From assembly GCA_025999275.1 (NCBI GenBank), contig AP024680.1:556522-620521 (forward strand): a DNA stretch of 64,000 nt, in the 5' to 3' direction. Positions 10,486 through 19,936 of this stretch are shown here, piece by piece. The DNA is from Patescibacteria group bacterium. Its GTDB lineage: Bacteria; Patescibacteriota; Microgenomatia; UBA8517. Position 1 is the stretch's first letter. Each line of letters begins with the position of its first letter. A program made the position numbers and the translations under genes. The notes beneath the pieces were generated by a model. It saw nothing but the letters and a program-made list of their open reading frames with translations, was not told the DNA's origin and ran no database searches.

Positions 10486-11568
10486 ATGAGCGACATTAAC
10501 CAGCAAATAAGCCAAATTGAAAAAGAAATAAGAGAAACTCCATATCACAAGGGGACAGAACACTATATAGGGCTTTTAAGAGCAAGGATAGCAAGACTCA
10601 AAGATAAGCTCTTGGAAAAAGAAAGCAAAAAATCAGGTGGTGGGGGAGGGTACGCTGTCAAAAAACAAGGTGATGCAACAATTGTTTTGGTTGGCCCACC
10701 ATCAGTTGGAAAATCAACACTCATAAATACTTTAACAAATGCCAATTCTAAAATTGCTCCATATGCTTTTACAACAGTTTCTGTAATTCCTGGGATGATG
10801 GAATACAAGAATGCCAAAATACAAATTCTTGATGTTCCTGGGTTAATTGAAGGAGCAGAGGAAGGCAAAGGAAGAGGAAAGGAGGTAATCTCAGTTATTA
10901 GAGGATGTGATTTGCTTATTATCATTGCAGAACCAGGCAAAGAAGAAGCTTTCAGAAGAATAACTTTAGCCTTGGAGAGAAATGGCATAAGAATTAACAA
11001 ATTAAAACCCGACATAAAAATAGAGAAAAAAGTAGATGGCGGAATAAAGATTTTTTCAAACATAAAGCAAGAATTGGCAAAAGAAACTATAAAAGAAATA
11101 ATTCAGGAGATGGGAATTAAAAATGCCGAAATAAAGATTAATCAAAAAATCACAATCGAAGATCTTATTGACAGCCTTTCAAGAAATAGAGTTTATGTAC
11201 CAGCTATATTTGCAATCAATAAATCAGATCTTCTGCTAGAAGAAAAACAAGGTGATGGAACTTTAGAAAATCCTGTTTTGATAAGCGCTCAAGAAAAAAG
11301 AGGACTTGATGTTTTGGTTGAAACTATATGGAGAAAGCTTGATCTTATTAACGTATATCTTGTAAAACCTGATGAGGAACCTTCTTTTAATAATCCAATA
11401 GTGGTCAAAAATAATTTAACATTGTACGACATTGCTAGGGAGATAGGAGAGGATTTTGCCAACTCAAAAACAAGCGCTATGATTTGGGGAAATGGAGCTA
11501 AATTTCCCGGTCAACAAGTCTCTCTTGAAACAAAAGCAAAAGAAGGAATGATGATAAGATTTATCTAA
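10486..11568 (+). CDS. DRG-family (Obg superfamily) GTPase with TGS domain
   Basis: N-terminal EKEIRETPYHKGTEHYIGLLRARIARL, GPPSVGKSTL, YAFTT, DVPGLIEGA..GKGRG, NKSD, C-terminal TGS. Confidence 0.9.
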   Translation: MSDINQQISQIEKEIRETPYHKGTEHYIGLLRARIARLKDKLLEKESKKSGGGGGYAVKKQGDATIVLVGPPSVGKSTLINTLTNANSKIAPYAFTTVSVIPGMMEYKNAKIQILDVPGLIEGAEEGKGRGKEVISVIRGCDLLIIIAEPGKEEAFRRITLALERNGIRINKLKPDIKIEKKVDGGIKIFSNIKQELAKETIKEIIQEMGIKNAEIKINQKITIEDLIDSLSRNRVYVPAIFAINKSDLLLEEKQGDGTLENPVLISAQEKRGLDVLVETIWRKLDLINVYLVKPDEEPSFNNPIVVKNNLTLYDIAREIGEDFANSKTSAMIWGNGAKFPGQQVSLETKAKEGMMIRFI

Positions 11569-11575
11569 CTTCTTG

Positions 11576-11648
11576 TGAGCCTGGAAGGACTCGAACCTTC
11601 AACCGTTACCTTAAGAGGGTACTGCTCTGCCAATTGAGCTACAGGCCC
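11576..11648 (-). tRNA. tRNA-Lys(CTT)
   Basis: Cloverleaf; anticodon loop CTCTTAA. Confidence 0.93.
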
Positions 11649-11661
11649 AAATTTTTCAAAG

Positions 11662-11734
11662 TGTCCCTGGAGAGAGTCGAACTCTCAACCTTTCCCTTAG
11701 AAGGGGACTGCTCTATCCATTGAGCTACAGGGAC
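11662..11734 (-). tRNA. tRNA-Arg(TCT)
   Basis: Cloverleaf; anticodon loop CTTCTAA. Confidence 0.93.
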
Positions 11735-11845
11735 AAATTTTTATAATTATAGCAATTTTACAATTTAATTTCAGCCTAATGCAAAATAAAATAAAATATT
11801 GACTTTTTGAAAAAATAATTCAATATAAAAACAAATTTTAATAAA

Positions 11846-12880
11846 GTGAAAAATAATAAGACTAATGGTTACCAACTTCCAAAAACTGCCGCAATTCTTT
11901 ATAGCGAAGTAAAAAGGAAGTATTTTCCCACCAGAGAGCAATATTTGACTGAAAAAGATGCCAAGAAAGATGCGCAACTAGTAGCAAAATATCTCAAAAA
12001 ATTAGGTTTGAAAGTTTATCTTTATCCTGGAAGCGACTATGTCTTTGAGATTTTAAGAAAAAAAAGACCTGATGTAGTTCTAAACATGGTTGACTCCGTC
12101 AAGGGGATTGAAAATCTGTCTGCCTCTATTCCCGGAGCGCTTGAGCTTTTAGACCTGCCTTATACAGGGGCTGCAATCTTGGGTAAATCTCTTGACACAA
12201 ATAAATTCTTGGTTAAGAAGCTTCTCCAACAAGCAGGAGTTCCTGTACCAAATTACCAGCTCTTGGATTCTGCCAATTACTACCTTGATCCAACATTAAG
12301 GTTTCCTTTAATTTCCAAACTTAACGAAATTCATGGCGGAGTAGAAATAAATCAAGATAGCGTATCTGAAAATCCGAAACATCTAAACCAAAGAGTAAAA
12401 TACCTAATTTCAACCTACAAACAACCAGTACTAGTTGAGGAATTTATAGTAGGAAGGGAAATTACGGCAATCTTACTTGAAGGATTAAACAAAAAAGTTT
12501 ACTTAGCAGAAAAAATATTTAAAAAGAGAGATCAAAAATACGTATTTTCCACTTTTGAAGATCAGTGGGTCAAGTCAAATAGGGAAAGTTTTGAATATAA
12601 AAAATATCACGATCCGCTTCTTCGAGAATATGTCAAAAAGGCTTTTGATGTTGTCCAGATGTATGATTACGGAAAATTTGACATTAGAATGGATCAATCG
12701 GGAAGATATTTTTTTATTGATGCAAATTGCAATCCCGCTTTTGGTCCAAAAGAAGCTGATGTAGCTTTATCTTCAATTCTTGATCTTTACGACATCTCTT
12801 TTCTCGAGATACTAAAAAGGCTTCTTTTAAACACAGTTAGAGATTTCCAGGGAAAAGAAAGATTGCCAGTTCCATTTTAA
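11846..12880 (+). CDS. D-Ala-D-Ala ligase-like ATP-grasp enzyme (divergent)
   Basis: LELLDLPYTG, NKFLVKKLL..GVPVP, VLVEEFIVGREIT, FDIR, DANCNP. Confidence 0.8.
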   Translation: MKNNKTNGYQLPKTAAILYSEVKRKYFPTREQYLTEKDAKKDAQLVAKYLKKLGLKVYLYPGSDYVFEILRKKRPDVVLNMVDSVKGIENLSASIPGALELLDLPYTGAAILGKSLDTNKFLVKKLLQQAGVPVPNYQLLDSANYYLDPTLRFPLISKLNEIHGGVEINQDSVSENPKHLNQRVKYLISTYKQPVLVEEFIVGREITAILLEGLNKKVYLAEKIFKKRDQKYVFSTFEDQWVKSNRESFEYKKYHDPLLREYVKKAFDVVQMYDYGKFDIRMDQSGRYFFIDANCNPAFGPKEADVALSSILDLYDISFLEILKRLLLNTVRDFQGKERLPVPF

Positions 12881-12916
12881 TTGAAAGGGGTTTTTGGTAA
12901 AATATAGGTATATCTT

Positions 12917-13003
12917 GCAGGTGTGGCGGAACTGGCAGACGCATACGGTTCAGGACCGTATGGACTTTAAAAGTCCTTAGAGGTTCAAATCCTCTCACCT
13001 GCA
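12917..13003 (+). tRNA. tRNA-Leu(CAG)
   Basis: Cloverleaf with long variable arm; loop TTCAGGA. Confidence 0.95.
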
Positions 13004-13018
13004 CAGAATTATTTTCTT

Positions 13019-13100
13019 GCGCGGGTGGTGAAATTGGTATACACGCAGTCTTGAGGAGGCTGTGCCTTCGGGCGTGCAGGTTCAAGTCCTGTCCCGCGCA
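13019..13100 (+). tRNA. tRNA-Leu(GAG)
   Basis: Cloverleaf with long variable arm; loop TTGAGGA. Confidence 0.95.
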
Positions 13101-13105
13101 CAACA

Positions 13106-13179
13106 GACCGCTTAGCTCAGCTGGTTAGAGCGTCTGACTTACATTCAGAAGGCCGGGGGTTCGAATCCCTCAGCGGTCA
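13106..13179 (+). tRNA. tRNA-Val(TAC)
   Basis: TCTGA-CTTACAT-TCAGA anticodon arm. Confidence 0.95.
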
Positions 13180-13184
13180 CCTTC

Positions 13185-13364
13185 ATGTCTATAGAAAGCA
13201 AATACCAAAAAGTATCAATTCAATATTGGTTAGCTATGATCTCAAGAAGATTTTATACAATCCTTTCATCTTATCCAGAACTTGTTTTTATACTCAAAAT
13301 AATAGTGGGGATAATTTTTGCCTTTTTAGTATTTTTTATTTTAAGAAGATTTGTCGGAAATTAA
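13185..13364 (+). CDS. Small membrane protein (59 aa), absent from the ORF track
   Basis: MSIESKYQK..LVFILKIIVGIIFAFLVFFILRRFVGN; fills the gap between tRNAs. Confidence 0.55.
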   Translation: MSIESKYQKVSIQYWLAMISRRFYTILSSYPELVFILKIIVGIIFAFLVFFILRRFVGN

Positions 13365-13398
13365 TTTTTTGATATAATATATTTTGAAATATCTTTTT

Positions 13399-13474
13399 GC
13401 CGAGATAGCCAAGGTGGTCACGGCGGGCGCCTGAAGAGCGTCAGATGTGTGTTCGACTCACACTCTCGGCACCA
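13399..13474 (+). tRNA. tRNA-Phe(GAA), atypical D-arm and G37
   Basis: GCCGAGA..GGCGC-CTGAAGA-GCGTC..TCTCGGCACCA. Confidence 0.9.
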
Positions 13475-13489
13475 CAAAAAAATAATAAT

Positions 13490-13562
<73 letters not shown>

Positions 13563-13651
13563 CCGACAGAGATGTCTATAATTAAAAGGGTAGTTGACAC
13601 AAACTCTCCTTTATGGCATCCTAGAGGTTGAGACGGCAAACTTTTGGCTTT

Positions 13652-14296
13652 ATGAGACCATTTTACAAATTTAAGGAGAACCTCAACTTATGGCAAGAAA
13701 TCACATTTATTTTTGTATTTTTTCTCACCACACCCTTGATTATAATTATTTCTACATTTGCCTTAATATCTTTACAAAATTCGCAAGAAAACAAAGTAAT
13801 CAGACTTAAGGCTATACAAAACCAAAATTACAACAATGTGCCAGTGGTCTTATCGGCATCAGTAAATACTGTTCCGCAAATTGAGTCAAAAATTACTACT
13901 GACGATGCAAGAGTTGAACTAGTCAGAAAATATTTAAATTTTTATAAATCTCCACTTGAACCATACGCACAACTAATAGTTTTAGAATCGGATAAAAATC
14001 ATATAGACTGGAGACTTTTAATAGCAATAGCCCAGCAGGAATCAAATCTATGTAAAGTAATACCTGAAGGAAGTTATAACTGTTGGGGTTGGGGAATACA
14101 CAGTCGAGGTACACTAATGTTTGATTCATATGAGCAAGCTATAAAAGTTATAGCAAGAGGAATAAGAAAGAACTACATAGAAAAGGGTTATATCAATGTA
14201 GAAGATATTATGAAAAAATATACTCCCCGCTCTAATGGTAGTTGGGCCTTTGGGGTAAGCAAATTTATGGAAGATATTACTGTACCTTGGTATTAA
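13652..14296 (+). CDS. Membrane-anchored lysozyme-like/glucosaminidase-type peptidoglycan hydrolase
   Basis: TM, then DWRLLIAIAQQES..SYNCWGWG..KKYTP..W. Confidence 0.75.
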   Translation: MRPFYKFKENLNLWQEITFIFVFFLTTPLIIIISTFALISLQNSQENKVIRLKAIQNQNYNNVPVVLSASVNTVPQIESKITTDDARVELVRKYLNFYKSPLEPYAQLIVLESDKNHIDWRLLIAIAQQESNLCKVIPEGSYNCWGWGIHSRGTLMFDSYEQAIKVIARGIRKNYIEKGYINVEDIMKKYTPRSNGSWAFGVSKFMEDITVPWY

Positions 14297-14309
14297 ACAC
14301 TTCAATATT

Positions 14310-15074
14310 ATGCCGGCACACTACGACTACTACGATTATCCATCTTACTGGCAAAACAGGGAATACGAGCATAATTCAGAAATTATAGCTCTAGACTCTT
14401 TCTTGGAGAAAATTCCTAAAATAAAATCACTTATAGATATAGGCGCAGGTTACGGAAGATTAACTCCAGAATACGCACATCGAGCTAGAAAAATAGTTAT
14501 TTGTGATCCATCTGCTAAATTACTTAAAATAGCAAGAGAAAACTTTGGAAATATAAAAAACATCAGATTTCTCCAATCGAGAGTTGAAAACTTAAAAAAA
14601 TATTTTAAAGCCAACTCCTTTGACACCGCGATCTTGGTCAGGGTTTTGCATCATATTGAAAACCCTGAAAAAAATTTAAGAATAATTTCTAAAATTATTA
14701 AAAAAGGTGGTTATATAATCTTAGAACATGCCAACAAAAGACACTTCAAAGCTGTCGTCAGCGAGATGTGCAAGGGGAATTTTACCTTTCCTATTGATAT
14801 CTTCCCTAAGGACATTAGATGTGCCAAAAATATCAAAAAGAAGACAATTCCATTTATTAATTATCATCCTGATGAAATAGAAAAAATACTTATCAGCAAC
14901 GGTTTTGAAATAATCGAAAAACGTTCTGTCTCTAACTTCAGAAACAGATTTTTTAAAAAGGTTTTACCTTTAGATCTTCTTCTTTCCCTTGAAGAAAAGT
15001 CTCAAAAGATCTTAGGGAAAATAAATTTCGGTCCATCTATTTTTATTCTCGCCAAAAAGATAGAGGAAGATTGA
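14310..15074 (+). CDS. Class I SAM-dependent methyltransferase
   Basis: IDIGAGYGR, FDT..VRVLHH, KKGGYIILE. Confidence 0.9.
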   Translation: MPAHYDYYDYPSYWQNREYEHNSEIIALDSFLEKIPKIKSLIDIGAGYGRLTPEYAHRARKIVICDPSAKLLKIARENFGNIKNIRFLQSRVENLKKYFKANSFDTAILVRVLHHIENPEKNLRIISKIIKKGGYIILEHANKRHFKAVVSEMCKGNFTFPIDIFPKDIRCAKNIKKKTIPFINYHPDEIEKILISNGFEIIEKRSVSNFRNRFFKKVLPLDLLLSLEEKSQKILGKINFGPSIFILAKKIEED

Positions 15075-15130
15075 ACATATATCCCTTATCCATAAATAAT
15101 ACATCATCAACAAGGCTAGATGATAAAAAC

Positions 15131-15159
15131 TTGACAATCCTCTAGTAATATGCTATAGT
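15131..15159 (+). promoter_or_regulatory. Sigma70-type promoter
   Basis: TTGACA-17 nt-TATAGT with an extended -10 TG. Confidence 0.75.
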
Positions 15160-15167
15160 ATCAACTA

Positions 15168-15280
15168 GATTCTGAGGCTAACCTAGTTTACTAGGATTTT
15201 GGCGTCGGAATTTTCCCCGGAGCTTCCCTTATAGGGAGCTCCCTAAAAAGGACTCTTGGAAACAAGAGTCCTTTTTAGTT
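15168..15280 (+). ncRNA. Candidate structured RNA or leader (three hairpins, the last an intrinsic terminator)
   Basis: ATTCTGA..CCTAG-TTTA-CTAGG..TCGGAAT; GGAGCTTCC..GGGAGCTCC; AAAAAGGACTCTTG-GAAA-CAAGAGTCCTTTTT. Confidence 0.55.
15245..15277 (+). terminator. Intrinsic terminator (bidirectional type)
   Basis: Perfect stem, GAAA loop, T-tract and A-tract. Confidence 0.8.
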
Positions 15281-15295
15281 TAAAAACAAAAAGCC

Positions 15296-15808
15296 ATGAA
15301 AATAAAAACAGTAATTATCACCCTCTTTTTTCTATCAACCGCAATTAAGCCGGCAGGAGCTCATATTGCCGAAAATTCAGCTGAGATTAAAAGTAAAAAA
15401 ACAAGTAAAACAGACACAAGGATTATAACTTTAACTCATTATCTTAGCAAAAAGAAATCTCCTCTTGTAAACCAAGCTGAAAAATTTATTCAGGAAGCAG
15501 ATAAAAATAATCTAGATTGGAGACTTATCCCAGCTATTGCCGGCGTTGAATCTAATTTTGGTAAAAGAATACCTACTAACTCATATAACGCCTATGGATG
15601 GGCTAATGGAAATTATTACTTTAAATCATGGGAAAATTCAATTGAAACTGTCTCAAAAACATTAAAGACCAAATATATTGATAGAGGCGCTATTAAAATA
15701 CATCAAATTGCCAAAATATATGCTCCTCCAAGCTCCAGTTGGACAAACAAGGTCAAATATTTTACCAATCAAATAGACCCAACTGGTATTGCATTTGATA
15801 TAAATTAA
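15296..15808 (+). CDS. Secreted lysozyme-like/glucosaminidase-type peptidoglycan hydrolase
   Basis: Signal peptide; DWRLIPAIAGVES..SYNAYGW..IYAPPS..W. Paralog of 13652. Confidence 0.75.
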   Translation: MKIKTVIITLFFLSTAIKPAGAHIAENSAEIKSKKTSKTDTRIITLTHYLSKKKSPLVNQAEKFIQEADKNNLDWRLIPAIAGVESNFGKRIPTNSYNAYGWANGNYYFKSWENSIETVSKTLKTKYIDRGAIKIHQIAKIYAPPSSSWTNKVKYFTNQIDPTGIAFDIN

Positions 15809-15859
15809 ATTTCTTCTTTATATTGAAGGCCCTTATAAAAGTGATAAAATAAACTCAGC

Positions 15860-15942
15860 GCCCCGATGCTGGAATTGGCAGACAGGCACGCTTTAGGAGC
15901 GTGTGCCTAAAAGGCGTAGAGGTTCAAATCCTCTTCGGGGCA
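15860..15942 (+). tRNA. tRNA-Leu(TAG)
   Basis: Cloverleaf with long variable arm; loop TTTAGGA. Confidence 0.95.
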
Positions 15943-15945
15943 CAA

Positions 15946-16095
15946 ATGATAAAAAAAGAAACTATTCAAATTGCCAAAAATAAAAAAAATGAAGAAGAAA
16001 GTATACTTGCTTTCATTCCCCTCATTGTATTCTTTGTAACATTCTTAATAATATATTTCCTAATTAAGATATACAGAGTAAAATCCAATATATGA
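15946..16095 (+). CDS. Small membrane protein (49 aa)
   Basis: ATG directly after the tRNA, one TM, ATGA overlap with the next gene. Confidence 0.5.
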   Translation: MIKKETIQIAKNKKNEEESILAFIPLIVFFVTFLIIYFLIKIYRVKSNI

Positions 16096-16595
16096 CCAAG
16101 CACATACTTTTTCCAATAGCCTTAGTTGCACTAATAATTATTGTTCTCGGTTTAGTTGTAAAAAAATATAATCCAGTAATTTTTAACCAACCCCAAACAA
16201 AAACAAGGGTAAATGAAACAAATTCACCAAAGGTAGAAATCGGTGATACAGAAATAGAAGTAGAAATAGCCGATACCGAAGAAGAAAGAGCCAATGGTCT
16301 TTCAGGGAGGGATTCTATGGATGAAAATAAGGGAATGTTATTTGTATTTCCAAAAGGTTCGAATGCTACTTTTTGGATGAAGGATATGAAATTTGACATC
16401 GATATAATTTGGATAAGAAATTCAAAAGTAGTTAAAATTGATAAGAATGTCAAAGCACCAACTCCAGGCACTCCCGACAATAAACTAACTCTTTATCCTT
16501 CAGGCCAACCTATCGATTATGTTCTTGAAGTTAACGCTGGTTTTGCAGATAAAAAGGGAGTCAAAGTGGGAGACACTATAATATTATCTATCTAA
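16092..16595 (+). CDS. DUF192 family protein
   Basis: VEIADT..R..GLS.R..GMLFVF..FWMKDM..DIIW..YVLEVNAG. Confidence 0.92.
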   Translation: MTKHILFPIALVALIIIVLGLVVKKYNPVIFNQPQTKTRVNETNSPKVEIGDTEIEVEIADTEEERANGLSGRDSMDENKGMLFVFPKGSNATFWMKDMKFDIDIIWIRNSKVVKIDKNVKAPTPGTPDNKLTLYPSGQPIDYVLEVNAGFADKKGVKVGDTIILSI

Positions 16596-17128
16596 CATTT
16601 AAATTCAAAATCTTTAATTAGTTTATAAGAAGATCCTTTTGAAGAAAGTCTTGATTCAAAAATAGAGAATGAACATATATTTTCCTCAATAGACACTCTA
16701 TTATATAATTCCTTAATATCTTTTATTTCTCTAAATCTTGCAATAGTTATGTGAGGAACAAATTTTTTACTCACCGAAGAGAAACCAAGTGATTTCTCTA
16801 AAAATGATTTAATTCTCAAAATATCAGGATTTGGTCTACCTTTAATCCAAATTAAACGTGAGTTTTTGGTATTTGGACCTGTTGAAATATTATCAAAGGT
16901 AATTTTAAAAGGTTTTAACTCTGAATTCTTCAATCTATCCTCCACTTTTAAAATAACATTATCAACATTCTCTTCATACCAAGGAGGAATAATGGTCAGA
17001 TGAAGATTTTCAGGCTTGATTAATCTAAAATCTTGCTCATAAAGCCAGGGGTTTTTCTTAATCCAGCTCTTGATAAAGACCAACATTTTCTCGGAAATCT
17101 TGATACCGACAAAAATCCTCTTTTTCAT
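16592..17128 (-). CDS. thpR: RNA 2',3'-cyclic phosphodiesterase (2H family)
   Basis: RIFVGI, two HxT motifs (HLTI, PHITIAR). Confidence 0.88.
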   Translation of the reverse strand: MKKRIFVGIKISEKMLVFIKSWIKKNPWLYEQDFRLIKPENLHLTIIPPWYEENVDNVILKVEDRLKNSELKPFKITFDNISTGPNTKNSRLIWIKGRPNPDILRIKSFLEKSLGFSSVSKKFVPHITIARFREIKDIKELYNRVSIEENICSFSIFESRLSSKGSSYKLIKDFEFKC

Positions 17129-17172
17129 AATTCTTGCTCAAATAAAAATTATACTCTAAACTTTAAATTGAA

Positions 17173-18570
17173 GTGGAAAAACAAAAATTCAGAATTAAGA
17201 AAATGCCTCAACCTTTGCCTTTAAAAAAGCTGCTGGGCCCCAGTTTTATTTTGCTGGGGTTGGGGCTGGGAAGTGGAGAAGTAATTCTCTGGCCATACTT
17301 AACCTCAAAATACGGTATGGGAATAATCTGGGGAGCAGTTTTGGGTATTACTCTTCAATTTTTCTTAAATATGGAAATAGAAAGATACACTCTTGCTAGA
17401 GGAGAAAGTGTTTTCGTTGGCCTTGCAAGAAAATATAAAAAGATAGCACCATTTTGGTTTATTATTTCAACACTTCTGCCGTGGATGTGGCCTGGTATAA
17501 TTGCAAGTTCAGCAAAAATAATTTCAAATTTGGCTGACTTTAGATATACAGGAATAGTTCCTTCATTGATGTTAATTAGTATTGGAACCATTTTCACTCT
17601 TGGGTCAATAGTTTATAAAACCCAAGAAAAACTACTCAAACTGGTAATTGGTTTGAGTGTACCTACAATAATTTTAATTACCCTTTTTCTATTAAAAAAA
17701 GATGAATTGCCAAATTTAGCTTATGGAATAATTGGTAGGGGAGATGGCTATTGGTTTTTGCCTGCTGGAATATCAATAGCCACTTTTTTGAGCGCCTTTG
17801 CTTATGCAGGAGCTGGTGGAAATCTAAATTTAGCTCAAAGTTTTTATATTAAAGAAAAAGGCTACGGAATGGGAAAATATTCAGGAAGAATTACAAGCAT
17901 ACTGACAGGGAAAAAAGAAAAAATAAACCTGGAAGGTTTTAGATTTCCTCTAAACCCAAAAAACTTATCGAGATTTAAACTCTGGTGGAAAAGAATCAAT
18001 ATTGAACACTTGGTAGTTTTTTGGCTTACGGGAGCTTTTACAATGGTTACGCTTTCGTTTTTAGCATACCTAACAGTGGGAAAACAGAATAGCAATTATC
18101 AAGGAATAGAGTTTTTGATCTATGAATCAAAAATAATAGGATCATCTCTTTACCCAATATTAGGAAATTTATTTCTTACTATCTGCGGAGTAACGCTCTA
18201 TTTTACTCAATTCTCAGTTATCGATGCTACATCAAGAATAATGAGTGAAAATTTGATTCTAATTAAACCAGACAGGTTCAGAGTTGAAGATCTTCCCAAA
18301 TTTTATTATGTTTTTTTATGGCTACAAATAATACTTGGTGTAATTATATTTTCACTAGGGTTAACCGAGCCTTTTATACTCCTTGTCATCGGAGCTGTAC
18401 TTAATGCCTTCACAATGTTTATATACTCCTTTTTGGTGTTTAGACTAAATAACACCAGCCTCGAAGTGCCATTAAGGCCAAACATATTTAGGAACACAAT
18501 GCTTCTATTAGCATTTCTCTTTTACGGTGTGTTTGGACTAGTCACTATTATCCAATATTTTCAAAAATAA
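17173..18570 (+). CDS. Nramp-like (YcsG-type) divalent metal transporter
   Basis: LGPSFILLGLGLGSGEVILWP, EIERYTL..GES; ~11 TM. Confidence 0.8.
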   Translation: MEKQKFRIKKMPQPLPLKKLLGPSFILLGLGLGSGEVILWPYLTSKYGMGIIWGAVLGITLQFFLNMEIERYTLARGESVFVGLARKYKKIAPFWFIISTLLPWMWPGIIASSAKIISNLADFRYTGIVPSLMLISIGTIFTLGSIVYKTQEKLLKLVIGLSVPTIILITLFLLKKDELPNLAYGIIGRGDGYWFLPAGISIATFLSAFAYAGAGGNLNLAQSFYIKEKGYGMGKYSGRITSILTGKKEKINLEGFRFPLNPKNLSRFKLWWKRINIEHLVVFWLTGAFTMVTLSFLAYLTVGKQNSNYQGIEFLIYESKIIGSSLYPILGNLFLTICGVTLYFTQFSVIDATSRIMSENLILIKPDRFRVEDLPKFYYVFLWLQIILGVIIFSLGLTEPFILLVIGAVLNAFTMFIYSFLVFRLNNTSLEVPLRPNIFRNTMLLLAFLFYGVFGLVTIIQYFQK

Positions 18571-19572
18571 ATGAGGAGAAAACTAATAATCGCATTTTTG
18601 ATAAGCACAATAATATTTTTGATAGCATATCAGACAAATTATAAAAATAAAAATAAACCTAGTTTAATCAATCAAACTCCAAAAACAGAAAAAATTCTTG
18701 AAAAATATTCAGTAGAGAATTTGGCTAAATCAGATATAAAAGATGGAGATATTTTGATAAAGGAAAAAATTGAAGAAAAAGAAAAATTTAATTCTTACAT
18801 TTTTGAATTCAGATACAACCCCAACTTAGATGGAAAAACTATTAAGAAAACAACGGGAATGATAAACATTCCAAAAGAGGGAAATAAATTCCCATTGGTA
18901 ATAATGATAAGAGGATATGTTAATCCAAAAATATACAAAACAGGAATCGGCTCAAAAAATTTAAGTTATTTTCTTGCTAATAACGGTTTTTTAACTATTG
19001 CACCCGATTTTTTGGGCTATGCTGATTCTGACAAAGAAGCTGAAAATATTTTTGAATCTAGATTCCAAACTTACACAACAATACTTTCTTTGATTAAATC
19101 AACAAAGAAGATAGAAAAATGGGACGGAAAAAACATTTTCATTTGGGGGCATTCCAATGGAGGCCAAATATCAATTTATACAATCGAGGTAATAAATAAC
19201 AATATACCAACAGTCCTGTGGGCTCCTGTATCAAAGCCTTTTCCTTACTCAATTCTTTACTATACTGACGAAGCTGAAGATAAAGGAAAATTTATAAGAA
19301 AAGAGTTGGCTAAGTTTGAAGAAGTTTACAGTGTTGAAGATTTCTCAATTACCAATCACTTTGACAAAATAAACTCAAAAATATTAATAATTCAAGGGGC
19401 ATTAGATGATGCTGTTCCAGAAAAATGGTCAAGGCAACTTTATCAAACCCTAAAAGAAATGGGTAAAGATGTAAGTTACAAAGTATATCCAGCAGATCAT
19501 AATCTAAGACAATCTTGGCAACAAGCAGCAGAGGAAACACTGTCTTTTTATAAGCAAAATTTGACAGAATGA
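18571..19572 (+). CDS. Alpha/beta hydrolase (S9-like), membrane anchored
   Basis: GHSNGG nucleophile, QG..DDAVP, DHN. Confidence 0.85.
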   Translation: MRRKLIIAFLISTIIFLIAYQTNYKNKNKPSLINQTPKTEKILEKYSVENLAKSDIKDGDILIKEKIEEKEKFNSYIFEFRYNPNLDGKTIKKTTGMINIPKEGNKFPLVIMIRGYVNPKIYKTGIGSKNLSYFLANNGFLTIAPDFLGYADSDKEAENIFESRFQTYTTILSLIKSTKKIEKWDGKNIFIWGHSNGGQISIYTIEVINNNIPTVLWAPVSKPFPYSILYYTDEAEDKGKFIRKELAKFEEVYSVEDFSITNHFDKINSKILIIQGALDDAVPEKWSRQLYQTLKEMGKDVSYKVYPADHNLRQSWQQAAEETLSFYKQNLTE

Positions 19573-19596
19573 TAATAAAAGTAATATAGTTAAATT

Positions 19597-19935
19597 ATGA
19601 AATTATTAATGAGATTGATCATAAATGTATTTGCCTTATATGTAGTGGAATATTTGGTGCCTGGATTTAGACTAGAAAATATCTGGGCAGCAACAGTTGC
19701 AGCAATAGTCATTGGCATAGTAAATACATTCATAAGACCAGTGCTTCAAATAATCACCCTACCCATATCAATAGTCACTTTTGGACTCTTTTCTCTTTTG
19801 ATAAATGTTGGCCTTTTATATCTTGCAAGCTTTGTTGTGCCTGGTTTTGAAATAGCAAACTTTCTTACCGCTTTCGTTGCCTCAATTGTTCTTTCTTTAG
19901 TTTCTTGGTTTTTGGGGCATCTTGCCAAAGACTAA
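19597..19935 (+). CDS. YvlD/DUF360 (phage holin 4_2 family) membrane protein
   Basis: GIVNTFIRPVLQIITLPISIVTFGLFSLLIN. Confidence 0.85.
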   Translation: MKLLMRLIINVFALYVVEYLVPGFRLENIWAATVAAIVIGIVNTFIRPVLQIITLPISIVTFGLFSLLINVGLLYLASFVVPGFEIANFLTAFVASIVLSLVSWFLGHLAKD

Positions 19936-19936
19936 T

